From Eledone cirrhosa (Eukaryota): a stretch of 64,000 bases of DNA. Location: assembly GCA_964016885.1 (NCBI GenBank), contig OZ024740.1, positions 103,788,001 to 103,852,000 of the forward strand, read 5' to 3'. Made by a program: the position numbers and the translations under genes. Shown one piece after another: positions 1-12,699 of this stretch; positions within the stretch are counted from its first letter, which is position 1, and every line of letters begins with the position of its first letter. Below the pieces are notes generated by a model. The model saw only the letters and a list, made by a program, of their open reading frames with translations. It was not told where the DNA came from and searched no databases.

Positions 1-262
1 AGTTAAACAAAACACTGATGACAATCCTCATCATAGTGATGACAACTCTACATCTTTTACCCATTGGTATACTTCCACCATTTTGTAATAATCAAGAGAG
101 GATACAGTATTACACTATTTATCAAACTGTTATTCTTTTATAAAAACATGAGTAATTGGGAAGTTATCAACACATGAACACAAAAAATATACACACACAC
201 ACATACACATACACATATATATATTTAAATATATATATATATATATACACACACACATATCT

Positions 263-485
263 GAAGGCACATGGCTTAGCGATTAGAGTGTTGGGCTTGC
301 AATCATGAGCTTGTGAGTTTGATTCTCAGTCTGGGTGATGCCTTGTGTCCTTGAGCAAGTCATTTTATTTTACGTTGCTCCAGTTTATTTCTATAAAGAC
401 TTTGCCTGGACTTGTGCCTCGGAGAGGGAACTTTCTAGGCATAAATCCCAAGGTCATTTGTGAAGGGTGGGGGGTTCTTTATCCT
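263..485 (+). mobile_element. tRNA-derived CORE-type SINE (diverged; different 3' tail)
   Basis: Head GGCACATGGCTTAG (A box), GAGTTTGATTC (B box), CORE-like GTGTCCTTGAGCAAGTCA...TTGCTCCAGT. Confidence 0.8.
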
Positions 486-512
486 ATACACACATATATA
501 TAGTATAAACAA

Positions 513-650
513 AGTTTCATACACTTAACATATCTAAACTGGCCCTTCATTTGAGCATGTGGACAAAAAGTGCCTCCTCCAATATACAGTGGTGGCCATA
601 ACTGGAACCTGGAACCGATGGCAGCACGTACATGTTAAGTGTATCAAACT
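513..650. mobile_element. about 140-bp MITE with 19-bp terminal inverted repeats
   Basis: agtttcatacacttaacat (513-531) pairs with atgttaagtgtatcaaact (632-650), 1 mismatch. Interior is homologous, in reverse, to 5686-5825. Confidence 0.65.
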
Positions 651-1093
651 GCCTGTTCCACATTGGTATGAACAGCTACATGTGTGCTTGCAGTCAACAT
701 GGACCACCCGCTTCATATTCTTTTTTTCGCAAAGCCAAGCAACAAGGTGATATATATATATATAATATAATATATATATACACATATATATATATGTATG
801 TATATATATATATGTATATGTGTGAATATATATATGTATATGTGTGAATATATATATGTATACTGTGTGTGTGTATATATATATATATATATACTCACAC
901 ACACACACATACATATGTTTATTTAGATATCTATATAACAAAATCACAAACTAAATACAAAACACAGCAAACTGTTTCCATGGTCACTGTTGGTATTTGT
1001 AATTAGTAATGGTGTTGTAAATGACAGTAGCAACAAGTGCAGAAGTCCGGTATTAGTTGGAGAGAAACAAAGGAGAATATAATAATGATTTAC

Positions 1094-1168
1094 CTGCTGT
1101 AGTAAAGCTGGGTGTGGGAGGTGGTGTTCCTTGTGATTGACCATTGTTACTAACCTGTTGTGTACTTC
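1094..1168 (-). CDS. candidate 75-nt phase 1-1 linker exon, xSTQQVSNNGQSQGTPPPTPSFTTA
   Basis: gttatgtttcatcccctag|GAAGTACAC...ACTACAGCAG|gtaaat. The 75 nt are open in phase 1 and give a polar, Pro-rich, linker-like peptide. Confidence 0.55.
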
Positions 1169-1765
1169 CTAGGGGATGAAACATAACAGCATAGGAGAGA
1201 AGGTGGTAAGTCGAGGGGATTTGGCCTTATGAAATTAGTTAATATGAATACAGGAGCTAGTTTCATCATGTAGTATATGAGAGAGAGAGAAAAGGAGGGG
1301 AGAGATAGAGAGCATCCAAAGAATAATAAAAAGAGAGAAGCAGGCAGAAGGGAGACAGACAGACATTTAAACAAATAACTTGTTTGTCAGAGATAGCCAA
1401 GAATATTAGTGATAAGACAGGTGGACATGTAGTAAGAGGATCAGAGAGATAGAAAGAGTAAGAGAGAGAGAGTATAAGAATATTACTCTAGTTAGAGATG
1501 GATGCTAAACATAACACAAACTGAATCAGCTTCCATTTCTGGACAGGTAAAGTCTACTGGTCTGATGAGCTGTATACACAGCTAAATGTCTTACCGAATA
1601 ATTATGACAAAATAAACAAGCTGCACACAAACATATATGTATGCATAGATGTGCGTGTACACACACACAATAAGTATAAGTTTTACAACATACTGTACAT
1701 TATAACTTGTTCCACAGACTGAGTGCTCTAACCCCTTAGATATTTTTACCAAACTCGTACTGCAA

Positions 1766-2354
1766 TCTAAACTATAATAAAGGGAGGAGCGCGGGACTGC
1801 GTACGGTTTATAATTTTTTATCCCATTAGTAAAATAAGTTGGATTACTTTGAATAAATAATTGTTTCTACTTTTGGCACAAGGCCAGCAATTACCCAATG
1901 CATTACTGGTACTTTATTCTATCGACCCCGGAAGGATGAAAGGCAAAGTTAACCTCGGCGGGATTTACTTTGAATAAATTATGAATGAATATTACATAAT
2001 TTATCTACTAAATTTCGTGGCTGTTGATTAAATATGTTTTGTTTATTTAAAGATTCACTTCTTTAAAATTTCTGAAATGTCAACACTTCTGGTTGGCCAT
2101 CGCTTAAATAAACATACTAATTTTCTGTCACTAATTTTCTCCTAATGCAGTTTATATATAATATCGTCTTTTTTTCATGTATCATGGATTACGTTACTGA
2201 TTACATAAGACAGTGTAACACAGTCTTCGTTCATTTTCTGTGTATATTGTCAATTACGATTTTATTTGATGTATCATATCTACTTGCGTATAATATCAAT
2301 ATACACACTACACCTGCTAGCAGAAAACCACCCGAAGGGTGGTTTTTCTGCTAG
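1766..2354 (+). mobile_element. non-autonomous Helitron
   Basis: A|TCTAAACTATAATAAAG 5' end; 3' hairpin CCACCC-GAA-GGGTGG then CTAG|T; inserted at an A|T site. Confidence 0.75.
1859..1964 (-). mobile_element. 5'-truncated SINE (family B) inside the Helitron, with 15-bp TSD
   Basis: ttactttgaataaat duplicated at 1844-1858 and 1965-1979. Body ggtactttattctatcgaccccggaaggatgaaaggcaaagttaacctcggcggg matches copies at 29.5-30.1, 54.9 and 62.0 kb. Confidence 0.85.
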
Positions 2355-3048
2355 TATATATAATTCGTTATACAAAGAGTGGAACAATCACAAATTAAAC
2401 AAACATTTATTCAAATAAATATATAGATTCATCATATTCCCTACTCAGACCCTGTTTTGTCACAGAGTTGATAAGCAATCGGTTGAGTTTACTATGTAAA
2501 TATATGGGCTTTTGTTTGGAACAACACCACTGTATACAAGACTATGAAAAAATGAGATAACTTTAGCAGTTTCCCATATCATATGACATGAATGAAATCT
2601 ATCAACAGTTTTCCTGAATCATATGATTATGGGAACTTCCCATTTTAAGTGATCCAAAGGTAACAGAAGTAAACAGTTTTTCCTTGCAAGGAATTTTTTC
2701 TAATCACAGAGCATCATTTTCACCCATGAATACTCATATATTTAATCTTTTAGATACCGACCTGGCCAAAACCAGCTCTGGTTCTATTAAAACAAAACTA
2801 CCAATTCTGAAGGATTCCTATTTAAATTAGAATCTTCCAACATAATTTTATATAATAACTTAGTTGTGAATTAATAATAATTGATAATCTATATATATAA
2901 AACTGGGGATGTCTGTATGTGTGTGTGTGTGAGTGAGTTTGAATCCCTAAAACTCGAGAACCACCCAACCGACTGTTTTCAAACTTTACACATGTAATAC
3001 TTATGTTTCAGGCAGTGTTCTGAGCAAAACAAATTTCAAATTTTCAAT

Positions 3049-3177
3049 GAATAGTTGGTTAGCAGTGGTGCAGCCTTACATGTATGATAGTCCATATGAG
3101 GGATGGTGTACTCCAATTATATCGCCTCATATGGACTATCATACATGTAAGGCTGCACCACTGCTAACCAACTATTC
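3049..3177. repeat. perfect 53-bp inverted repeat with 23-nt spacer
   Basis: 3049-3101 is the exact reverse complement of 3125-3177. Confidence 0.95.
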
Positions 3178-3660
3178 TTTTCACAGACTCATGTTTGCAA
3201 ACTCTCTTGATCTGCCTGTACACCCTCTTTTTGCACTGCTGGTGATTTGATGCATCTATGCTTTGCTTTGTCTTATATTTCTTTGGGGTTTCCGGGCTTT
3301 TTGTTCCTTTATTGTTTTGTATTTTTATATTTATCTCTTTTCTTATCCCTGTGTTTTTATACTTTTTTATTATTTTTTAAATTATTTTCTTATTGTTTCT
3401 GATCATGCTAAGTAATACCCTCACTCTTCCCTTGCTACTCTCTCCCAACCTCTTTATCATCTATTGCACCATTTAAGTGATACATTTTTGGTGTAATTTT
3501 TAATTTAAAAATTTTTAAGACATTTTATGACATTATGTGCATCATGTATTCTGCCTTTTTCCATATAGCGCTGGCCTCAGGACACCCCTGCTGGTGCTTT
3601 AACCTTGTTCTGGTGACGCAGCTCGATGGAGCATGCAACTACTGATATACTCTGTTTATA

Positions 3661-3707
3661 GGCTCTGATGATTCCTGCCATGGTGTATGGATGAAACACT
3701 GTTAGCT
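3661..3707 (+). ncRNA. minimal type I hammerhead ribozyme motif (Penelope pLTR-like, partly decayed)
   Basis: GGCT-CTGATGA-tTCC...GGAt-GAAAC-act-GTT-AGCT, followed immediately by AATAAA. Confidence 0.65.
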
Positions 3708-4711
3708 AATAAAACAATGTATTTCTAAGCACTCTTTGGTTATTCCTATAACTATAACGGCTCTGTAGTATACTAGTTATCCTACATTGAGCTAAAACCA
3801 CACTGTCATACCAAGGGCAATATATCTGCATGTCTGGGCATATTGATATATTTGTCAACGAAATACATACATATAACTGCGTTTTTAAGCATTTTATGGG
3901 ATTTTTTAGGCGTTACGTCAGACCGATTTCCTTGAAATTGTAACTATATATTAGTCAATCTCTTCTTCATACGTGAGCAAAGAAAATCCAACTTTTTTAT
4001 GGCCTAGGGCCCGCATTAGGTGAAAAACTGCATTTTTTCAGCTTTTTAGGGCATTATGTCTAGCCGATTTTCCCGAATTTCAAAGCATATTATGCACATA
4101 AAAAAAATTCATTTTCTTGATCCCTAGGGCCCGCATTAGGTGAAAACCTGCATTTTTCCTGCTTCATCGAGGAAAATCTTAAAGATTATCCAGCCATCAG
4201 AGTATTCGGTTTATTTTCTTGACATATTCTCCAGGCATGCAATTTTTCCACGATTAGGTCTGTTGGCGGCCCGCGTTCCAAAATACCTTATCCCGTGCAA
4301 CGCCGGGTACCACTGCTAGTAAATAATAAACCTCTAAAAATTCTTCATAAATTAATTGAAATTATTCTAGAAATACGATCACAGCCCATTCTTTATCATC
4401 ACCCTGACAAAGTAAGATAATGCTCTGCTGAAATTTAGCTAAGTCTAATCATTATTATTTTGTTGCTGATTTGCAATTATATCACACTTTGTATAACAAA
4501 TTCTGTATATTATGCTACTAATATAGATATATTTTTTATTCACACACTGCAATGAGAAATGTTCTTTTGGTAACAGAAACAAGATATGTTGAACAAAATG
4601 TTAATATACTTTGTTAGATATTCTCATCAATTTATATATAATATATCATCATTTTGATGCTTGCTTCTCCATGCTTGCATGGGTATTGAATGTATGTATT
4701 GATTGACTGGA

Positions 4712-4975
4712 ATATATATATATGATATATATATATATGATATATATGATATATATATATATATATATATGATATATATGATATATATATATATATATAT
4801 GATATATATGATATATATATATGATATATATATATATATATGATATATATGATATATATATATGATATATATATATATATATCATATATATATATATATA
4901 TCATATATATATATATATATCATATATATATATATATATCATATATATATATATATATCATATATATATATATAT

Positions 4976-5034
<59 letters not shown>

Positions 5035-5185
5035 TATATATATATATATATGATATATATATATATGATATATATATCATATATATATATATATGATATA
5101 TATATATATGATATATATATATGATATATATATATATGATATATATATATGATATATATATATATGATATATATATATATATATA

Positions 5186-5220
<35 letters not shown>

Positions 5221-5232
5221 ATATATATATAT
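4712..5232. repeat. (TA)n array interrupted by TGA/TCA variants
   Basis: Seen directly; interruptions alternate between tatgata and tatcata blocks. Confidence 0.95.
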
Positions 5233-5685
5233 AGTCTTTGTTAACAATTAATTTAGTAGAAATGATGTTATTTTCTGTCTTACAAGAAAGATTAACGTAT
5301 TTAACATAAAAACATTTTGTATTATGAGTGGTATAAATAGGGAGAAGGCAATACCAAAACTTCATGCAGGAATACACCACTGTGTATGTGCGTGAGTGTG
5401 TGTGTGTGTGCATACACATACATAGACACACCAATATGTTTACAAAGAAATTGGGAAAGTTTGAAATTTATTTGCTTGTTGTGAAAGGCTGACCTAATTT
5501 ACTCAGCTTATTTGATTATTTTACAGTTAATATATGAATTGTGGTAAGTTTTCACAACAAGCCTTTCAATTACACACACACACAAACGGATATATATATA
5601 TGTATGTATGCAGGATATCCGTAGATAAAAGGCCAAAGAAAACAATACGTAATCTTTTGCAAGAGAGCTTATTTAGTATCATTTA

Positions 5686-5825
5686 AATTCCATAGACTTA
5701 ATATCTATGCACAACGTTAGGTTTCAGAGTCCAGTTATAACCACCACTGTATAGTGGCACTAGATGGTGGCGGTAACTGGACCTTGAAACCTAAGGTCCT
5801 GTATTCATGTTAAGTGTATGAAAAT
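5686..5825. mobile_element. palindromic MITE, same family as 513-650
   Basis: catagacttaa/ttaagtgtatg ends; inner ttaggtttcagagtccagtta..ccacca / tggtgg..taactggaccttgaaacctaa arms. Confidence 0.7.
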
Positions 5826-6350
5826 ATATTTGTACTATATATATATATATATATTGTTTCCTGATGATTTCGAAACTCGTGAATTTATCCTTGATCGGAT
5901 ATTTCCAAAAGTGAAAGAAACCCAATGGGGTAGAAACGTAATCTTGGTATGTTTATATACATTTTTTCTTCTAACTTTAATTTTATACATAATTGGGTAT
6001 GGTTGACGATATATTTAATCGATTTCCACGTGCTTTTGAAATGCTGGGTAAATATTCTATAGTTGTTGATCGCGAATAGATGGCTGTCGTTTATTTATCT
6101 TTTATTCTTCATAGGTGCCTTTTAATCTTATAGCCTGGTTTAATTGGTTTTTTGTGTGGTTGATTATGCTGATTGGGGGAGGAAATGGTGTATATAGCTT
6201 ATCAAATGATTCTATGGACATACTTTATAATATATATATATATATATATATACACATGTAGATAAACATGCATACATATATATATACATATAGATACACA
6301 TACATACATATATATATACATATAGATACACATACATACATATATATATA

Positions 6351-6576
6351 TCATCATCACCATTTTACGTCCGTTCTTCCACGCTAGCATGGGTTAGACG
6401 GGTTGTCCTGTTGTGGGGAGTAGCCGGTCGGCTGACCATGCCTTGTTCATACGGAAGCTGATTCTGGCTTGATTTCTACAGCTGGATGCCCTTCCTAACA
6501 CCAACCTCATTTACAGTGAGTAGTGTGGGGTTTTTTTCCCGTGGCGCCTACACATCCACTTTACAGTGTGGGCTGG

Positions 6577-6580
<4 letters not shown>
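6351..6580 (-). mobile_element. RTE family A 3' UTR stub with (ATG)n tail
   Basis: Matches the sequence after the ORF end (PPMGTS*) at 18650-18950 and 48714-48970. Confidence 0.8.
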
Positions 6581-6621
<41 letters not shown>

Positions 6622-6728
6622 TATACATATAGATACACACATATATATACACATATATATACATATAGATACACACATATATATACACATATATATACAT
6701 ATAGATACACATACATACATATATATAT

Positions 6729-7065
6729 GGAGGCACATGGCTTAGTGGTTAGAGCATTGGCAATCGAAAGGTTGTGAGTTCAATTCTCAGACCGGGTGAT
6801 GTGTTGTTTCCTTGAGCAAGACACTTTATTTCACATTGCTCCAGTTTACTCAGCTGTAGAAATGAGAGGATAGGGACCGGGGTCCATATCATTCCACTGC
6901 AGAGTGATCGTGGAGGCGCCACGGCAAAAAAAGCACCCAGCACTCACTGTAAATGAGGTTGGTGTTAGGAAGGGCATCCAGCTGTAGAAATCAAGCCAGA
7001 ATCAGTTCCCGTCCCATCCTTGCAAGCAAGGAAATGCGTACGTAAAATGATGATGATGATGATGA
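6729..7065 (+). mobile_element. full-length CORE-SINE (family A) with RTE-derived 3' end
   Basis: GGAGGCACATGGCTTAGTGG head, GAGTTCAATTC B box, CORE, pseudoknot module, (ATG)n tail; near-identical to 63198-63545. Confidence 0.9.
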
Positions 7066-7551
7066 TATACATACATACATATATATATATAAATATACAT
7101 ATACATACATACATATATATAAATATACATATACATACATACATATATATATATAAATATACATATACATACATACACATATACCTCAGATATTCAAAAC
7201 AACAAACAGCGGAGGACGCGTTTCGCACCTTTCCGACAGACAACCTTTCCCCCACCCCGGAAAAAACCCCAGTTGATGGATGTGAATCCGAAATATATAG
7301 GGACAATTAAATCTTTCCCAAGGTAACTCTCTCTCGTTTCTTATTTTTATTTTATCCTTTATACTCTTTCCTTCATTCTTCTACACGTCTTATACACACC
7401 ACGCATCTCAACGTACACCAACTTACATCTCTCTCTCCACCACCGGATCTTGTTACCCGGAGATTTACCCATTTGCATTGTCGAGGCTTCCAAACGACTT
7501 AAAGATATTTACCTATTATTCCACAATGCTCCAAGCAAACTTCAATACTCT

Positions 7552-7603
<52 letters not shown>

Positions 7604-7621
7604 CATACATATACATACATA

Positions 7622-7880
7622 TGGTGGCTGCCAACTCGTTTTCGAGTACGGCCACTATTTTATATCCATGTAGGAGAAGCCCTACCGACACGCTGAACGA
7701 GTGTGACTTTTTAATCCAGCCAGTGACTTTAAAACTCTGGTACAAACACTACACTTGTGACAATTATTGACACAGAGTGCTAGGCCCATGGTACCATGTG
7801 ACGACAAGTGCAGAGAGATCTCCAGATATAAAGAAATGCCTGTACCGTGAAGCTTTTATAGTGAGCAAAGGCACTGCACA
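7622..7880 (-). mobile_element. 3' stub of a zinc-finger-ending RTE LINE (family D), copy 1
   Basis: Encodes [23 protein letters not shown]-type C2H2 finger; 3' hairpin ACTCGAAAACGAGT then GCAGCCACC and a (TATG/TA)n tail. Confidence 0.8.
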
Positions 7881-8382
7881 TACATATACATACATATATA
7901 CATACATATATATATATACATACACATACATATATATATACATACACATACATACATACATATACATACACACATACATACATACATATATATATATATA
8001 TACATACACATACATACATATATACATATATATACATACATATGTATACATATACATACACATACATATATATATATACACATATACATACACATACATA
8101 TATATATATATACATATATATGAGAAATGAAATTTCATTTTTTCCATTTATATATATATACCATCATCATCATCTTCGTTTAACGTCCATCTTCCACGTT
8201 AGCATGGGTTATATATATACATACATACATACATACACATACATACATACATACACATACATACATACATACACACACATATATATATAAATATATATAT
8301 ATATACATACATATACATATACATACATATATATATATATACATATATATATATACATACATACATACATACATACATTCAC

Positions 8383-8419
<37 letters not shown>

Positions 8420-8606
8420 CATACATACATATATACATACACATACATATATATATATATATAGATATATATACATACAATCATATATACATACACATAC
8501 ACACATACATACATATACATACATACATATATAGATATATATACATACATATATATATATACATACATATATATATACATACATATATACATACATATAT
8601 ATATAT

Positions 8607-8639
<33 letters not shown>

Positions 8640-8817
8640 CATACATACATACATATATATATATATATACATACACATATATATATATACATACACACAT
8701 ATATATATATATATATACATATATTTTTATGAGAAATGAAATTTCATTTTTTCCATTTATATATATATAACATCATCATCAACTTCGTTTAACATCCATC
8801 TTCTACGCTAGCATGGG

Positions 8818-8854
<37 letters not shown>

Positions 8855-8859
<5 letters not shown>

Positions 8860-11800
8860 ATACTTTGGGAGGGTCATGTTGCCAATAAGAAACACACGCA
8901 CCAGTTGCTTTCACTTCAATTTATAATAAATTTATAAATTTATAAATTTCTGGTTGGTTGGTTGGTTCCACAACCAGATAGTTGTTTATATATTGTCATA
9001 GTTCTTTCGTCACACACTCTGTGACCTCTTCAGTGACTGGGGATTCCTTTCTTTGTTTCTGTGCCTCTCCTTTGTTCTGTCCTACGCCATTTTGTTTCTG
9101 TGTGTGTGTTGTGTGCTCAGTCTGCGCATGCGCCACATCCGGGTGTCTGTGTGTGTTTATGTTCATTTATTTATTTGTTTATTTACATGTTACTGGTTGG
9201 TTGTTTGTTCTATGTGTGTGTGTTTTCATTTTGTCCTTAATTGTAAGTTGTGATGTTGCTGTTCCACTCATATTTTCTATTTAATTTTGGTTGTAATTCT
9301 TTTATGTTTATTGCCTCTGTAATTTGTCTAAACATTGCGTCTTTTCTGTGTGTAGATTCTATTTTTATTTCTATGTTCTCTAATTTACCCTTGTGTTCTA
9401 TTTTAGCATGTTGGTAGAGTACAGATGATTCTTTACTATCTTGAAGGTCTCGCCAGTATTCATTTATCCGTTCTCCTACACTACGAGCCGTCTCACCTAT
9501 GTACACTATATTTTTGTCTCTACATTGTCCTTCAGTACATCTTATGCTATACACTACATTTCTAGTTAGCAGGTAATATGGGGGCTTGTTTTACAGGTTA
9601 TACATTTCTTACCTATACATGAGGGTCTTTGAAAAGGGTATGTCTTGCTAATGAGTGTTTTTACGGAGGTACCTGGTCTATCTACTATCTTAATATTGAG
9701 TTCATGTTTGTTTAGGGCCCTTCTAAATTTGTAAGCTAATTCCCCTCTAGGGGTTGTATCGATGAACATTACACTCTGGTATTTATTGCTATCATACCAT
9801 GAGTTTATTCTATTAGCCTTGTTCCTAGTTCTTTCTATTCTATTCTAAAATTTGCTCCTATACAAGGGGCAGGTCCCATTTATGTCATTATTTACCATTT
9901 TTTCCCATTTGGTTCTGGCTCCTCTATACACTCTGATTTTATCTCTCTGATTGTAGCCAGAGAACTGCATACGGTGGATGAAGTGTTGTATGTGTCTCTC
10001 TAGTTCTTCGGGGTTGCACATGCGGGACACGTTTCTCATCACCCGTACCAAATCTGCAATCAGTATGTTGATTTTGGTATGGTCCGAAACGGCCGAGTTT
10101 CGGTGGATCAGATGTTTGGAAGTCATGGGTTTGGCATAATGGGAATGGAGGATTTGATTTTTGTTGTTAATGGTATCTAACCAGAGCTCTGTGTCTAGTA
10201 CAGGTAATCGATGGTTGGGGTGTTTACTTGGGTAGTCTATAGTAACTCTAATGCTCTGGTGGATGGAGTTTGCTATTTGCTGGATGCTTTCCATTGTGTT
10301 TTTCTCTAGTTCCTGACTGTTCTCTAGAGGGGGTGTCTTAACTACGATGTTTATATCATCAACGTAGCGGGAGTACATTATCAGGGTTAAGGGGGCTTCT
10401 AATTGTTCTTTAAGTTTAAGTTTAAGTCTACTGTCCCACCATACCATGAATAAGTTAGCTATGTCGCCTGCAATGCTAACACCAATGGCTGCTCCTTCCT
10501 CTTGGGCATATGTTTTTCCATTAAATTTGAACATATGTTCCTTAAGGGTTAGTTTTATGCTGGCCCCTACCGCATGTGCAATCATTTTCTTCAGTTCATC
10601 GTGGTTTTCGGGTGTCCGCATGGCTCTGGTCCACCCGTTCCATCTATCTGTGTGGGTTTTCTTGGCCATTGAGGTAATGGTAGGTGGTCTGCCTCTTGCT
10701 GGTCTTGTAGGGCACAGGTTGCTAAGGTCATAAGTGTCTAGGTAACTATTACTATGGGTAAGCTTAAGTAGAAGTCCCAGCTCACTGGTATCAATCTCAC
10801 GGAACTCAACCTTGCTCTCGCTGATCATTTCTACGCATTTCTCCACAGCAAAATCCACGTCAATAGATGGATACAGGGACACAACATCCATACTACCTAT
10901 TATGCAGTTTGTTAGGTCCCTAGATCGGTTACTCACGCCGATTCTGCTGAGGAGGTCCTCCGTGCTGTCACATACATCTGGGGACATTTCAATGATGGGG
11001 CGTATGATCAGGGAGAGGAAGTAGGACAGTCTGTAGTTACTAGCAATGTTAGCTCCACAGACTGGCCGTGTTGGTGGTCCCGTGACAGGGTCACTGCCTG
11101 TATTATGGTCTTTCCGAAGCCCATACAGCGCCGGCACGTCATTGTTCCAGGCCTGGAAGTTGTTGGCAGTCCTTTTGTTAGGCTGCATTATATTCGTCCA
11201 CATCACCATATGGGCATTGAGGGCTTTTTCTCTATCCTCATGTTCCTGTGGTGTTACCTCTCTTGTGTTAGTGATGTGGGTTGCATTGCCTGGATGTAGT
11301 TTGGCAGGCTGTCAACCGACATTCTGCCAGACTTGTCTGTTGGAAAGCATGCTATCTCTCCATTACGTGAGCGCTGCATGAGCTTACGCAAGCCATTTGC
11401 AGATTTTTCTCCCAGTTGCTGGGCCTCCATTCTATTATGCTTCTTGCTATACTGTTCTATAATATTTCTAAGTTCGGATCTAGCTATACTAAATTGTGCT
11501 TCTGTTTGTTCATCGACCTGCGACGGCAATTGCGTGCGTTTGTTAAATGGTAAAGTCGTGGCGTGGACTCGTCGCAGGTCGAACGATTTATCCGAGGGAT
11601 TATAGAAAGTAGAGTTCCAGGCTGCTGCTTTATGTGTACTAGTGCTATTGTTATTGTTAGTTGTGTTGTTTCTATTTCTATTTCCACCAACAGCCTCATG
11701 GTTGTTTCTATGTCTCTCATAGTTACTCCTGTCTCTTTCCACTGGCTCATTGTTGTTATCTACCCTATTTTGTGTGTCTGTGTGTACGTCTTGGTTATTT

Positions 11801-12360
11801 TCTTTGTCCTTAGTCTCCCTTCTCCTTTTAATCCTATTACTTTCCCTTATTTCTGTGATTTCTGTGCTACTGTCATTACTTGTTTTCTGTGTCTGTGTGT
11901 TTGTTAAGATTGTGGTGGGTGGTGAGAGGCATTGAATGCATGTGTGTTGTTGTTGTTGATGTGTGCTGTTGTTGATGTGTGTTGTTGTTGTCTCCGTGTG
12001 TGTTATTATTGTTGTGTGTTGTTATTGTTGTTTGTGTCTGCGTGTCTGTTGTTGTTTCTGGGTATATTGTTGTTGTTGTTGTTGTTGTTGTTGGTGTGTG
12101 TGTTGTTGTTATTGTTGTTTGTGTCTGTGTGTCCGTTGTTGTTGGGATGTGTGTTGTATATGTGTGTGCGTATGTTTTTGTTTTTGTTTTTGAGGCTCCA
12201 GCGCAGTTTTGTAAATGATTTTTCTATTTCTGACAGACAACTAATCATATTTACCTTCTTGAATGTCGCAAATTTTGGGGGTAAACATAACACAGATATC
12301 TCATCGTCGTCTATTCTTGTGTTGCCGTATATATTTGTGTTGTTGAACTCATCTGTTAAT
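8855..12360 (-). mobile_element. Penelope-like retroelement (RT plus C-terminal GIY-YIG, Neptune/Nematis-like), decayed
   Basis: N-terminal EISVLCLPPKF..KLRW (12190-12350); RT 9845-11209 with SMDVVSLYPSI, QEEGAAIG, YVDD; Cys linker CIGKKCITC; GIY-YIG VVYSIRC..VYIGET (9237-9560); stops and frameshifts between pieces. Confidence 0.92.
8995..9037 (-). ncRNA. minimal type I hammerhead ribozyme in the Penelope 3' pLTR
   Basis: Minus strand GTCA-CTGAAGA-g-GTCAC-agagtgt-GTGAC-GAAA-G-aa-C-TA-TGAC: stems I and II and the core intact, CUA cleavage triplet. Confidence 0.85.
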
Positions 12361-12648
12361 GTATATATATATACATAGTTACATATATATACATACATAT
12401 ATATACACACATATATATATATATTTCCTATCTTCAGTTAGCTTTCCTCTGTGTTGTTTACTTGTCTCACTCGCTTTACACATTTTAATTGTCCTAATAA
12501 CTTATTTTAGTTATTATTGCGCCAACGTGAGGTATATGATTTTTAATGCAATGAAATACCTATGACCGTTGGTAAATCACTGATGAGGGACTCATTTTAT
12601 AACATGTTATCCATGTGCAACCATGCAGTATTCTTCTCCCCATTTTTT

Positions 12649-12683
<35 letters not shown>

Positions 12684-12699
12684 ATACATACATGACACA

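Larger units (their letters stand above)
2888..4319 (+). mobile_element. non-autonomous Helitron carrying a Penelope-like insert
   Basis: A|TCTATATATATAAAACTGGGG 5' end; 3' CCCGTGCAACGCCGGG hairpin plus CTAG|T; internal repeated cctagggcccgcattaggtgaaaa (about 4003 and 4123). Confidence 0.8.

Noticed and set aside
2325-2350. Rho-independent terminator-like hairpin plus T-run
   Set aside because: Eukaryotic DNA; explained as the Helitron 3' hairpin.
6729-6800. tRNA gene-like A/B boxes (also 263, 63198, 55000)
   Set aside because: No complete cloverleaf; they continue into CORE and LINE-derived tails, so they are SINE heads.
9566-9847. Possible programmed readthrough or selenocysteine in the Penelope ORF
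   Set aside because: The interruptions are TAG (likely from a Trp codon) and TAA with a frameshift, not in-frame TGA; ordinary decay.
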